NCBI GenBank assembly: GCA_965223855.1
Contig: CBDCXM010000009.1
Span: 1,504,001 to 1,568,000 of the forward strand
DNA length: 64,000 nucleotides
From: Candidatus Multivoradales bacterium
Lineage (GTDB): Bacteria > Acidobacteriota > Thermoanaerobaculia > Multivoradales > JAHEKO01
Reading direction: 5' to 3'
Shown here: positions 40,322 to 48,774 of the stretch, one piece after another
Numbering within the stretch: the stretch's first letter is position 1
How the letters are laid out: each line of letters starts with the position of its first letter
Program-made: the position numbers and the translations under genes
Notes under the pieces: generated by a model
The model's input: the letters and a program-made list of their open reading frames with translations, nothing else
Database searches by the model: none
Told to the model about the DNA's origin: nothing

Positions 40322-41236
40322 TCACACCCCCGCCAACGTCCCCCTCGACCACATCCAGTGGAGGCTCGCCAGCGCGGCCAGGTTCCAGAAGACGAACGCC
40401 GCCTTGATGAGCCACTGCGGATAGGACCGCTCGCGGTAGACGAACATCGCATCGATCGCGAAACCGGCGGCGGCCGCGAGCAGGAAGAGCGAGATGTACG
40501 GGTCCCGGTAGACCTGCCAGACGATGCCGGCCTCCGTGAGCAGCAGGCCGCAGAGCAGCGCCTTGCTCGGCAGCACCCCGATCGCCACCGCCGTGGTGAT
40601 CCTGCCGGCCGAGCGGTCGGGCTCGACGTCCATGATCTGCCCGAAGAGGTGGGAGTGCATGGCGAAGAGCGCCGAGAAGAGGAGGGTGGCGGCGGGGAGT
40701 GACGGCGCGTCGTTGATCCACGAGCTGAAGAGGAAGACCAGCAGGTAGCCGGCCTGCATCAGCAGGTCGAATCCCGGCTTCGCCTTGAGCGCGAGGCCCG
40801 GGGCGTTGTAGAGGGCGTTGACGCCGACCGCGAGAGCGAGCCAGATCGCCATCCGCGCGCCGCCGAACCAGAACACCGGCCCGAGAGCGACGAGCTGGAT
40901 GCCGACGATCCACGCCGGTAGCGAGGCGAGCTGCGCCGGCCGGCCGCGGGCACCGAAGAGGAGACCGCCCTTGCGCGGATTGCGACGGTCGGTCTCGGCG
41001 TCCCCGAGGTCGTTCCAGGCGTAGAGCAGGTGGCCGAGCGGTAGCGTCACGTAGGCGAGCCCGACCCAGAAGCTCGGTCGCGAGAAGTAGTCCTCCCGCG
41101 CGAGCGGCAGGGCGTAGAACCAGACGTGGGTCGTCCAGAAGCCCGGACGGGAAGACAGCAGCTGGAAGTAGAGCGCTCCCGACGGGCGATCGGTGGCTGG
41201 TGGCGCCTTCTCGCGCGCGACTGTCTCCGGGGGCAT
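40322..41236 (-). CDS. UbiA family prenyltransferase
   Basis: NDLGDAETDRRNPRK, YNAPG, DVEPDRSAGRITTAV; multiple TM helices. Confidence 0.85.
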   Translation of the reverse strand: MPPETVAREKAPPATDRPSGALYFQLLSSRPGFWTTHVWFYALPLAREDYFSRPSFWVGLAYVTLPLGHLLYAWNDLGDAETDRRNPRKGGLLFGARGRPAQLASLPAWIVGIQLVALGPVFWFGGARMAIWLALAVGVNALYNAPGLALKAKPGFDLLMQAGYLLVFLFSSWINDAPSLPAATLLFSALFAMHSHLFGQIMDVEPDRSAGRITTAVAIGVLPSKALLCGLLLTEAGIVWQVYRDPYISLFLLAAAAGFAIDAMFVYRERSYPQWLIKAAFVFWNLAALASLHWMWSRGTLAGV

Positions 41237-41415
41237 GTCCCGTCACTCTAAGCGAGGGGAGCCGGCTGCCAGACCCTACGGAGGAAAGTCCTTCAGTCCT
41301 TTCGCGCAGGCCACGCAGCTTACGATCAGGAAAGTTCCCCCGCGGCCCTCTTTCTCCGCCGGTCCCGTTCTACCTGTCAGGTGGGTACTACGCGCAACGC
41401 CGAAAGGAGGCCGTC

Positions 41416-42165
41416 ATGAAGCGAACACTCGTGTGGCAGCGAAGGGCAGCAGGGATCCTCTACCGGGCAGGTCTGTGGATGGTCACCGTCGTGGGTCTAA
41501 CGGCTATGCCGGCATCGGCGTCGTGTCCGGGAGCGGGCGTCTACGAGATCTTCAGAGTCGACCGCACCCTGGAGAACACACATCTGGTTCTCGACGCGTT
41601 CGAAAGCAAGAACGGCCGGGCGGTGGTCCTGAGAAGCCGCCAGCACGACGACACTCAGCTCTGGATCCTGAAGTTTACGAACTACCTCCTATACGTGGAC
41701 GACAAGGGCGCCACGACCGGCCGTGGACCCGGGTGGGGGTGCACGCTTCGACAGAAGAGTCGAGTCGTCCACGAGAGAGAGGACGGCTACCTCGACAGCG
41801 TCCGCAGGTTCCCCCTGCCGGCCGGCTATGCGCGGACGAGGCTCGTCACCCGGCAACGCGATCGGAGATGGCCGGGTCGAGCGAATGGGTCCGGGTCCGG
41901 CGACCCCGACACGTTCGAGAAACTCTGGGTGGACTCGAGCCAGGTGTGGGACTTCACGCCGGTCATGGTCGATGGAAAGCTAGAGTTCCTCTACATCGAC
42001 GGCTGCCTCGCCGTCGTCTACACGATCCGGCAACGAAGAGACTACGGGTACCTGGATGTCGCCGGCGATGGGGACAGCCAGGAGAAGCTTCTCGAGGGGC
42101 AGGTCATCACGCGACCGTTCGACCTTGGAGGTCGATGGGCGATGAAGCGCGAGGATTGCAAGTAG
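41416..42165 (+). CDS. Secreted hypothetical protein, possible ricin-B-like beta-trefoil
   Basis: RBS AAAGGAGG; signal peptide; QLW/QVW and GYLD repeats. Confidence 0.55.
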   Translation: MKRTLVWQRRAAGILYRAGLWMVTVVGLTAMPASASCPGAGVYEIFRVDRTLENTHLVLDAFESKNGRAVVLRSRQHDDTQLWILKFTNYLLYVDDKGATTGRGPGWGCTLRQKSRVVHEREDGYLDSVRRFPLPAGYARTRLVTRQRDRRWPGRANGSGSGDPDTFEKLWVDSSQVWDFTPVMVDGKLEFLYIDGCLAVVYTIRQRRDYGYLDVAGDGDSQEKLLEGQVITRPFDLGGRWAMKREDCK

Positions 42166-42266
42166 AGCCCCGAGGGGACTTTCGCTCACGGCTGAGCCGC
42201 CAGGGAAGCACGCCGCGGCGGCGGCGGTTGAAGAGGTCGAGACCTCGACCACCAGGGAGCCTGCCG

Positions 42267-42809
42267 ATGAGAACCGCCACCCGCCCTGCCCTCGCCCTTG
42301 CCTTCGTTGCTGTTGCGGCCCCACTGCTCCTGGGCGCGGAAAGCAGCCCCGCCATCGACTTCGACGGCTTCCTCGACGACTCGCAAGCCGCGCGCGAGCT
42401 GCGGGACCGGAGGATCGTCGATCTCGACCGCTTCAAGGCGCTCGCCGCCGAAGGAGCCGTCATCCTCGACACCAGGAGCCGTGCCGCCTTCGAGCGCCGC
42501 CACCTTTCCGGCGCCGCACACCTGAACTTCTCCGACATCACGGCCGACACCCTGCGGCGGATCATCGGATCTCGCGACCAGACCGTGCTGATCTACTGCA
42601 ACAACAACTTCGAGCTCGACGAAGAGGCGTTCCCCCGGAAGATCGAAGAGGCCGCACTCAACATTCCGACCTTCATTGCCCTCTACAGCTACGGATACCG
42701 CAACGTCTACGAGTTGGGTGGCCTGTTTCGGGTGGATGACCCGAGACTGGAGTTCGGCGGTAGTCGCGATGGAAGTTCAGAGGACCGCCCCTCGGCACCC
42801 TCTGGCTAG
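42267..42809 (+). CDS. Exported rhodanese-like protein
   Basis: ILDTRS, HLSGAAHLNFSD, LIYCNNNF, ALNIPTF, YGYRNVYEL. Confidence 0.85.
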   Translation: MRTATRPALALAFVAVAAPLLLGAESSPAIDFDGFLDDSQAARELRDRRIVDLDRFKALAAEGAVILDTRSRAAFERRHLSGAAHLNFSDITADTLRRIIGSRDQTVLIYCNNNFELDEEAFPRKIEEAALNIPTFIALYSYGYRNVYELGGLFRVDDPRLEFGGSRDGSSEDRPSAPSG

Positions 42810-42877
42810 GGCCGGCTCAGGCCTTCGCGGTGTCGAGCCGGATCAGCGCTTCGGGTGCGAGATCCGGGACCCCGCGA

Positions 42878-44101
42878 TCAGCCCGGCGGCAGCAGCTCGA
42901 GCACCTCCGCCCGCAGCGCCTCGAACATGTCCTCCATCACTCCCGAGTGGTAGCGCGCCAGCGTGCCGTCGGGAGCGATGACGACGGTGCTCGGCAGGCC
43001 GGGGGAGTGCAGCGCCCGAAAGAACGAGCCGTCGACGTCGAGCGCCACTGGGATCTCGAGCTCTCGGCCGGCGAGGAACTTCGTGACCGCAGCGCTCTGC
43101 TCCTCCATGCCATCGAAGGTCTCGAGAGTGCTGACTGCGTAGACTTCGATCGGGTGGCCGCTCGTCTCGACCCAGGCAGCGAGCTGCTCGATCTCCTCGA
43201 GAGCCGACCAGCAAGGCACGCACCAGGTGGCCCAGAAGTCGAGCACCACGACCGAGCCGCGCAGGTCGGCGAGCTCGACGGCCTCACCGCCGAGGGTGGC
43301 GACTCGGGCTTCCGGGGCGCTGGTACCCAGCGGGTAGGCGCTCGCTTCGAGGGCGGCGAAGTCGGCGACCGCGGTTCGATCGCCGGGGTCGAACGACAGC
43401 CTGGCGGCCAGGTTGGCGGGATCACCTTGCTCGAACACGCCGCTGCCGCTCACCTGATGGCCTTCGGCGCCGACGGTGAGAGCGAAGGCGAGCAGTTCGT
43501 GAGTCTCGGTGTCGAAGGACACGCGAAGGCTGCCGTTGTCGGCCGTCAGCGTGACGGCTCGCGCGACGCGGCCGTCGAGGCTGTCTTCCTCGACCGCCGT
43601 CGGCTCGAGCGGTCCCAGAATGCCGAAACCGAGAGCATCGACGAACGCCTCGCGGCTGCCGGTGACCGCTGCGGCAAGGGGCGGTGCCGGCTTGAGCCCG
43701 ACCTGATCGGCGCCGATCGCCACCAACCCGCTCGCGAAGTCACCTGTCAGCGGAGCCGACACGTAGGAACGCGCCACGTTGAACTGTGTCGCGTACATGC
43801 GACCGCCGGTGGCGACGACGCGCATCAGCGCGGTGCCGGAAGCATCGACCATCGCCATGTACGCGTCGGCGCCGTCGCGACCGTACTCGATCGCCTTCTT
43901 CTCGGTCCGCCCGTCGGGCAGGGTCACCTCGAAGCGCATGGTGCCGGCGAAACGCTGCGCCGTGGAGTACGCCGCGACCGCGTCGGCGAGGACTGTTTCC
44001 GCGTCGGGCGCCCCGGCGCCGTCGGCGCGGACACTGTCGATCGTCAGGACGGCTCCCGCCAGCCCGAGCGAGAGGGCGAGCACTGCCTTCGTGCGTCTCA
44101 T
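42878..44101 (-). CDS. Exported protein with C-terminal TlpA-like redoxin domain
   Basis: VVVLDFWATWCVPC, GLPSTVVI; signal peptide; N-terminal domain possibly LolA-like. Confidence 0.85.
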   Translation of the reverse strand: MRRTKAVLALSLGLAGAVLTIDSVRADGAGAPDAETVLADAVAAYSTAQRFAGTMRFEVTLPDGRTEKKAIEYGRDGADAYMAMVDASGTALMRVVATGGRMYATQFNVARSYVSAPLTGDFASGLVAIGADQVGLKPAPPLAAAVTGSREAFVDALGFGILGPLEPTAVEEDSLDGRVARAVTLTADNGSLRVSFDTETHELLAFALTVGAEGHQVSGSGVFEQGDPANLAARLSFDPGDRTAVADFAALEASAYPLGTSAPEARVATLGGEAVELADLRGSVVVLDFWATWCVPCWSALEEIEQLAAWVETSGHPIEVYAVSTLETFDGMEEQSAAVTKFLAGRELEIPVALDVDGSFFRALHSPGLPSTVVIAPDGTLARYHSGVMEDMFEALRAEVLELLPPG

Positions 44102-44182
44102 ACCTATCGAGACGCACCTGTGGCGAGAAGGTTCCCTGTCCGCGCTTCAGTTGGCCTGCCGGCTCTCGAGTTTCGTCGACAC

Positions 44183-46588
44183 CTAGCGTCTGCGGCTCTT
44201 GAGGGCGCTGCACGCCGGTCGGCTCCCTCCGTCGCACGCCTTGCGAAACCATCTGCGTGCCTCGGAAGGGCTCTTGCCGACGCCGCCTTCGCCCTTCTCG
44301 TACATCTTGCCGAGCCAGTAGCAGCCGTGGGGCGAGCCGCCGTTGCAGCCGCGTCGGAACAACTGCAAGGCCCTGGCGGGGTCCTTTCTCACCCCATCGC
44401 CGTTGCGGTAGGCGCCTCCCAGATTCGCGCAGCCCGTGGCGTGGCCCTTGGTGCACCCTTGCTGGAAGAGGCTCGCGGCCTGGCTTCGACTCTCGGGCAC
44501 CCCCTCTCCTTTGTGGTAGTGAATACCGAGCCAGGTGCAGCCGCGGCCGTCTCCTCCATTGCAGCCGCGACGATAGAGTTCCGCCGCTCTCTCGTAGCTC
44601 TTTCGGACGCCGGTACCGTTGCGGTACATCAGTGCCAGGTCCGTACAGCTCTCCGGGGCGCCAGCCTCGCAGCCCTGCCGGTGTCGGTCGAGGTCTCTCG
44701 AGATGCGCTCCGCGTTGGCCAGCTCTCTGCAGCCGCGAGCGTCGCCTCCGTCGCAGGCCTGCCGAAGGAAGTCCACCGACCGCTCGTGGCTCCAGGTCAC
44801 GCCATCGCCCTCGCGGTACCGGAGCCCGAGGCTCGTGCAGGCGTCGGGCTTCCCTTCCGCGCACTCCTCTCGCTGCCTCGCGGCCTCCTGCATGGCGGCC
44901 AGCTTTGCGCAGCCGTCGTCGTATCCTCCGTCGCAGACCCGCCGGTAGAGCTCTTTCGCCGCTGCCTCGCTCGGTTCTACGCCGCGGCCCTGCTCGTATC
45001 GGTTTCCGAGGTTGAGGCAGGCCAGGGGGTCTCCCCGATCGCACGCCTGGCGGAACAGATCGAGCGCCTTCGAGTCGCTCTGCGCCACGCCCTCGCCCGC
45101 CTCGTACAGGGCCGCCAGGTGGGAACAGGCCGGCGAGCTGCCTGCCTCGCAGGCCGACTGAAAGAGTTCCGCTGCCTTCACATCGTCCTCCGGCACGCCC
45201 CTGCCCTGCTCGTGCAGCATTCCCAGGTGGGTGCACCCGAGGGGGTCTCCGCCGTCGCAGCCGCGTTTCAGCATCGCCGCAGCCTTGGACAGGTTGCGGC
45301 TGTGCAGCTCGGCGAGATCGATTCCGATCCTCGAGCAACCCTCTGCGTCGCCGCCCTCGCACCCCCTCCCATAGAACTCGGTCGCCTTCGACCGATCCTG
45401 CAATACGCCCTGGCCCTCCTCGTGCAGGACACCGAGCTTCGTGCAGCCGAGGCCGCTGCCTCCGTCGCACGCTCTTCGGTAAGACTCTGCCGCTCGCGCG
45501 TAGCTCTGCGCCAGACCCACTCCCCCCTCGTAACGAAGCCCGACTTCGGAGCACGCGAGGGGGGCGCCGCCGTCGCAGGCGTCCACAAGCTGCGCGGCCT
45601 CTTCCGCTTCGCCGGCGACGTCCGCCATGCCGGGACTCGCCATGGGGAGTTCGGGAGACGTCGGCATCGCCGCCTTCGGCGAGTCGTACGCCGGTGCGAG
45701 GACCGGCACCTCCGGTTTCGGCGGGAGCCGGAAGACGAAGTCGCCTTCGTCGAGGTCCGGATCCCGGATCGTGCCTCTCTGCGGCGTTTGTCCGACCTCG
45801 TAGTCCACGACCTCGTCGTGAAGATAGGAGCCCAGCTCGGTTCCCGTGACGAAGCCGTCCTCGTTGTAGTCGGCTGCCCCCTCGAGGCCGCGGACGAAGA
45901 GCGGGGTGAAGACGCTCTTGGCCGGAACCGTCTCGTCGTCGCGGCCGGCAGTGATGAACTGCCGTACGGGTAGGAGAGTCTTGGCGGTAATGTGTCGCGG
46001 TTCCTGGTCGCCCTTGACCTTGAAGAGGGTGCCGGCGAAACAACTGTCGAAGACGAACAGCACGTGTTTCGACTCGATCTCGGCGGCGAGCTTCATGACG
46101 GATTCCATGCTGACCGCCATCCTCTTGAACTTTCTCCTCTCGACGGCCGGCAGTGGTGCGTCGGCCGGCACGATGTAGCCGCGCTTGCCGCGTCGCCCGA
46201 GGTTCTCGGAGTGACCGTGACCGGAGTAGAAGATCAGAAGCTGGTGATCGGGAGCGTCGTAGCCGTAGTCATCGACGAAGCCCTCGAGCGCGGCGCTGAG
46301 CTCCCGGCTGTCGGGATTGCGGATGCGGCGTACTTCGAAGCCCAGCTCGGTGAGAGTCGCCTCGACCTGGTCGAGCTCGCTCTGCACCGTTGAGAGCGGG
46401 TCCCAACCCGACGTGTAGTCGCCGACGCCGATGACCAGCGCATACTTCCCGGTGTAGAGCGGAGCCGGAGCCGGCACGGCCTCGACCAGCATCGAGCCCT
46501 TCTCCTGAGCGAGGGCCTGTGAGCAGACACACGCCGCCAACAGGGCGCCCGCAAGCAATGACGCGCCATTCGATCGTCGTTCGAACAT
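44183..46588 (-). CDS. Exported caspase-family (C14) peptidase fused to Cys-rich Sel1-like repeats
   Basis: YALVIG, FYSGHG, VFDSCFAG; about ten or more C..LG..Y..G.GV....A...F..AC..G repeats. Confidence 0.88.
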   Translation of the reverse strand: MFERRSNGASLLAGALLAACVCSQALAQEKGSMLVEAVPAPAPLYTGKYALVIGVGDYTSGWDPLSTVQSELDQVEATLTELGFEVRRIRNPDSRELSAALEGFVDDYGYDAPDHQLLIFYSGHGHSENLGRRGKRGYIVPADAPLPAVERRKFKRMAVSMESVMKLAAEIESKHVLFVFDSCFAGTLFKVKGDQEPRHITAKTLLPVRQFITAGRDDETVPAKSVFTPLFVRGLEGAADYNEDGFVTGTELGSYLHDEVVDYEVGQTPQRGTIRDPDLDEGDFVFRLPPKPEVPVLAPAYDSPKAAMPTSPELPMASPGMADVAGEAEEAAQLVDACDGGAPLACSEVGLRYEGGVGLAQSYARAAESYRRACDGGSGLGCTKLGVLHEEGQGVLQDRSKATEFYGRGCEGGDAEGCSRIGIDLAELHSRNLSKAAAMLKRGCDGGDPLGCTHLGMLHEQGRGVPEDDVKAAELFQSACEAGSSPACSHLAALYEAGEGVAQSDSKALDLFRQACDRGDPLACLNLGNRYEQGRGVEPSEAAAKELYRRVCDGGYDDGCAKLAAMQEAARQREECAEGKPDACTSLGLRYREGDGVTWSHERSVDFLRQACDGGDARGCRELANAERISRDLDRHRQGCEAGAPESCTDLALMYRNGTGVRKSYERAAELYRRGCNGGDGRGCTWLGIHYHKGEGVPESRSQAASLFQQGCTKGHATGCANLGGAYRNGDGVRKDPARALQLFRRGCNGGSPHGCYWLGKMYEKGEGGVGKSPSEARRWFRKACDGGSRPACSALKSRRR

Positions 46589-46840
46589 CGGTGGCCTCCA
46601 GCAGACTGAACGGAAGCACGATTCGTCGCGGGCCATCACCCGCGGCGCTCTGAAGAGGGGTTGGACCGCCATTGTAAGGCGGTCCAACCCGAGCCGGCTA
46701 TGCGAGCCGGCCATGCGAGAGCCTCGAACTGCGTCGTGGAACTCTCCGACCCGGCAGTAGCCGCAGCTGAGCCGGCGGACGGGTAGAGCGGGTCGGTGAC
46801 TCCCGAAGAGGAGCGTCCGGCCGGAAGGGCTTCTCGGGAG

Positions 46841-47236
46841 TCAGCCGGTTCGGCTGTCGCCGGCGAGAACACCGGAGAACGACTTGCGGTAGACCCGCGC
46901 CAGGTAGATCCCCAGGACCAGCGACACGATCGGCAGCAGCAAGCCGTCGGGCGTCGGCGCGAGAAAGACATGGAACAGGAAGATGTTCAAGACCACGGGA
47001 GCGAGAACGACGAGCGCGAGCGGCACCCAGCGGCCGATCAGGAGGAGCACGCCGCAGACCACCTCTGTCGCCTTGATCAGCGGCAGCATGTAGCCGGTCG
47101 CGGCCAGAGCGCCCATGAAGGAACCCGCAGCCTCCGGCATCGGCGGCACCGGGATGAAATTGAAGAAGCCGTTGAGGCCGAAGACGGTGAAGATGAGGCC
47201 GAGCAGCACTCGGGCGATCAGGGGAGCCTTGTTCAC
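46841..47236 (-). CDS. DoxX family membrane protein
   Basis: RVLLGLIFTVFGLNGF, PLALVVLAPVVLNIFLFH. Confidence 0.85.
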   Translation of the reverse strand: MNKAPLIARVLLGLIFTVFGLNGFFNFIPVPPMPEAAGSFMGALAATGYMLPLIKATEVVCGVLLLIGRWVPLALVVLAPVVLNIFLFHVFLAPTPDGLLLPIVSLVLGIYLARVYRKSFSGVLAGDSRTG

Positions 47237-47271
47237 GAGGGAGTTCTCCTTCTTGTTGGCTGGTTCGACCT

Positions 47272-48600
47272 TCAGTTCGTGTCGGGCGTCCCGGCACCGA
47301 TGGCGTAGAGCGCCTCGTTCGTCCGCAGGTAGATCGTTCCGTTTGAGATCGCCGGTGACGCGGCCGTGTATTCGCCGAGGTCGTTCTGCGCGAGGATCTC
47401 GAAGTTCTCGCCCGGAGCGAGGACGGACACCCTGCCGTCGGTGCCGGTGACGTAGAGCTTGCCGTCGGCGAGAACCGGCGAGGCCCGGTGCGGCTTGCCG
47501 TGCACGCGCTCCTGGTAGAGGACCGTGCCGTCCTCGGCTCGCGCGACGGTCAGGGCGCCGCGCTCGTCGTTGAGGTAGACGATCCCCTCGTGGAGGATCG
47601 GCGACGGGACGTCGGGAGTGGCGCTGTCGAGCTTCCAGAGAACCCGCTCGGAGTCAGGCCCGATCCTTCCCTCGGCGCCCTCCGTGCGAAGCCCGAACAC
47701 CGGGCCGCGCTTCGCCGTCGTGACGATCACTAGATCGCCATCGGTCACCGGGGTCGCGACCAGGCGGAAGTAGGGGTTGTAGTTGTCGGCGGGGTTGAGG
47801 GTGCCGAAGCGCCACTGCTCGGCGCCGTCGGCGAGTGAGTGCGCGCTCACGTAGTCGGAGCCGTGGATCAGCACATGATCGCCGAACGGGACCGGGGAGG
47901 CGTACGAATGCAGGCATTCGCCCTTCGCGTCGGTCGGACGCTCGGTCTTCCAAACCTCCTCGCCGCTCCCCTTGTCGAGCGCCACGACGAGCTGCCGGTC
48001 GGCGTGAAGAAGCTGCAGGATCAGCCGGTCGCCGTGAAGAAGCGGCGACATCGAAAGGCCGAAGAAGAGACTCGGCTTGCCGTAGCGCTCTCCGAGGTCG
48101 GTCTCCCAGACCAGCTCGCCGTCGAGGTCGAAGCAGGCGAGCTTGCCGGTGCCGAACAGTACCCAGAGGTGCTCCCCGTCGGTCGCCGGCGACGGCGACG
48201 CCGCCGTCGTCTCGTGCTCGAACCCGGAGAACACCTTGACTTCACCGTGATCGACCAGCCGCTCCCAGAGGACCTCCCCCTCGCGGCTGACGGCGAGAAG
48301 AAGGAGCTCGTCGCTGCCCTCGCGCGTCGAAGTCAGGAAGATCCGATCGCCCCAGACCACGGGCGTCGAAGCCGCACGTCCGGGAAGCTCGAGCCGCCAC
48401 CGCACGCCCCGCTCACGACTCCACTGTGTCGGGAGGTTCGTCTCGAGGCTCGTCCCGTCCAGCCGGGGGCCACGCCACTGCGGCCAGTTCTCGCCGCAGG
48501 CGGCATCGACAAGAAGGAGGGGGGTGAAACAGGACAGAGCCAACGCGACCGCGCGCGTAAGAGTTCGTGATCGAGGCAAGCTCGTTCCTCCTTCGGTCAT
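47272..48600 (-). CDS. PQQ-binding-like beta-propeller protein
   Basis: NWPQWRGP, STPVVWGDRIF, SPATDGE, ASPAIS...YLRT. Confidence 0.88.
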   Translation of the reverse strand: MTEGGTSLPRSRTLTRAVALALSCFTPLLLVDAACGENWPQWRGPRLDGTSLETNLPTQWSRERGVRWRLELPGRAASTPVVWGDRIFLTSTREGSDELLLLAVSREGEVLWERLVDHGEVKVFSGFEHETTAASPSPATDGEHLWVLFGTGKLACFDLDGELVWETDLGERYGKPSLFFGLSMSPLLHGDRLILQLLHADRQLVVALDKGSGEEVWKTERPTDAKGECLHSYASPVPFGDHVLIHGSDYVSAHSLADGAEQWRFGTLNPADNYNPYFRLVATPVTDGDLVIVTTAKRGPVFGLRTEGAEGRIGPDSERVLWKLDSATPDVPSPILHEGIVYLNDERGALTVARAEDGTVLYQERVHGKPHRASPVLADGKLYVTGTDGRVSVLAPGENFEILAQNDLGEYTAASPAISNGTIYLRTNEALYAIGAGTPDTN

Positions 48601-48774
48601 CGGTAGGGATCGGGCGGTGGGAGCCTATCAACGCGAGCTGCGGCTCGGGCCACAGGGTCCGGGTGCTACTGTTTGCCAAACAGACAACAATCGAAACGAG
48701 CCTGGGTGGGCCGGGCGTGGAAGAGGTGCCCGGCTCGTGGTCCAGGGCTCGTGGTCCAGGACGGGGAGTCAGCC

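Noticed and set aside
42830-45973. 1047-aa plus-strand ORF, and similar long ORFs at 4571-6820, 9729-11618, 32403-34631 and 55078-57141
   Set aside because: Antisense shadows of well-supported genes, as expected at high GC.
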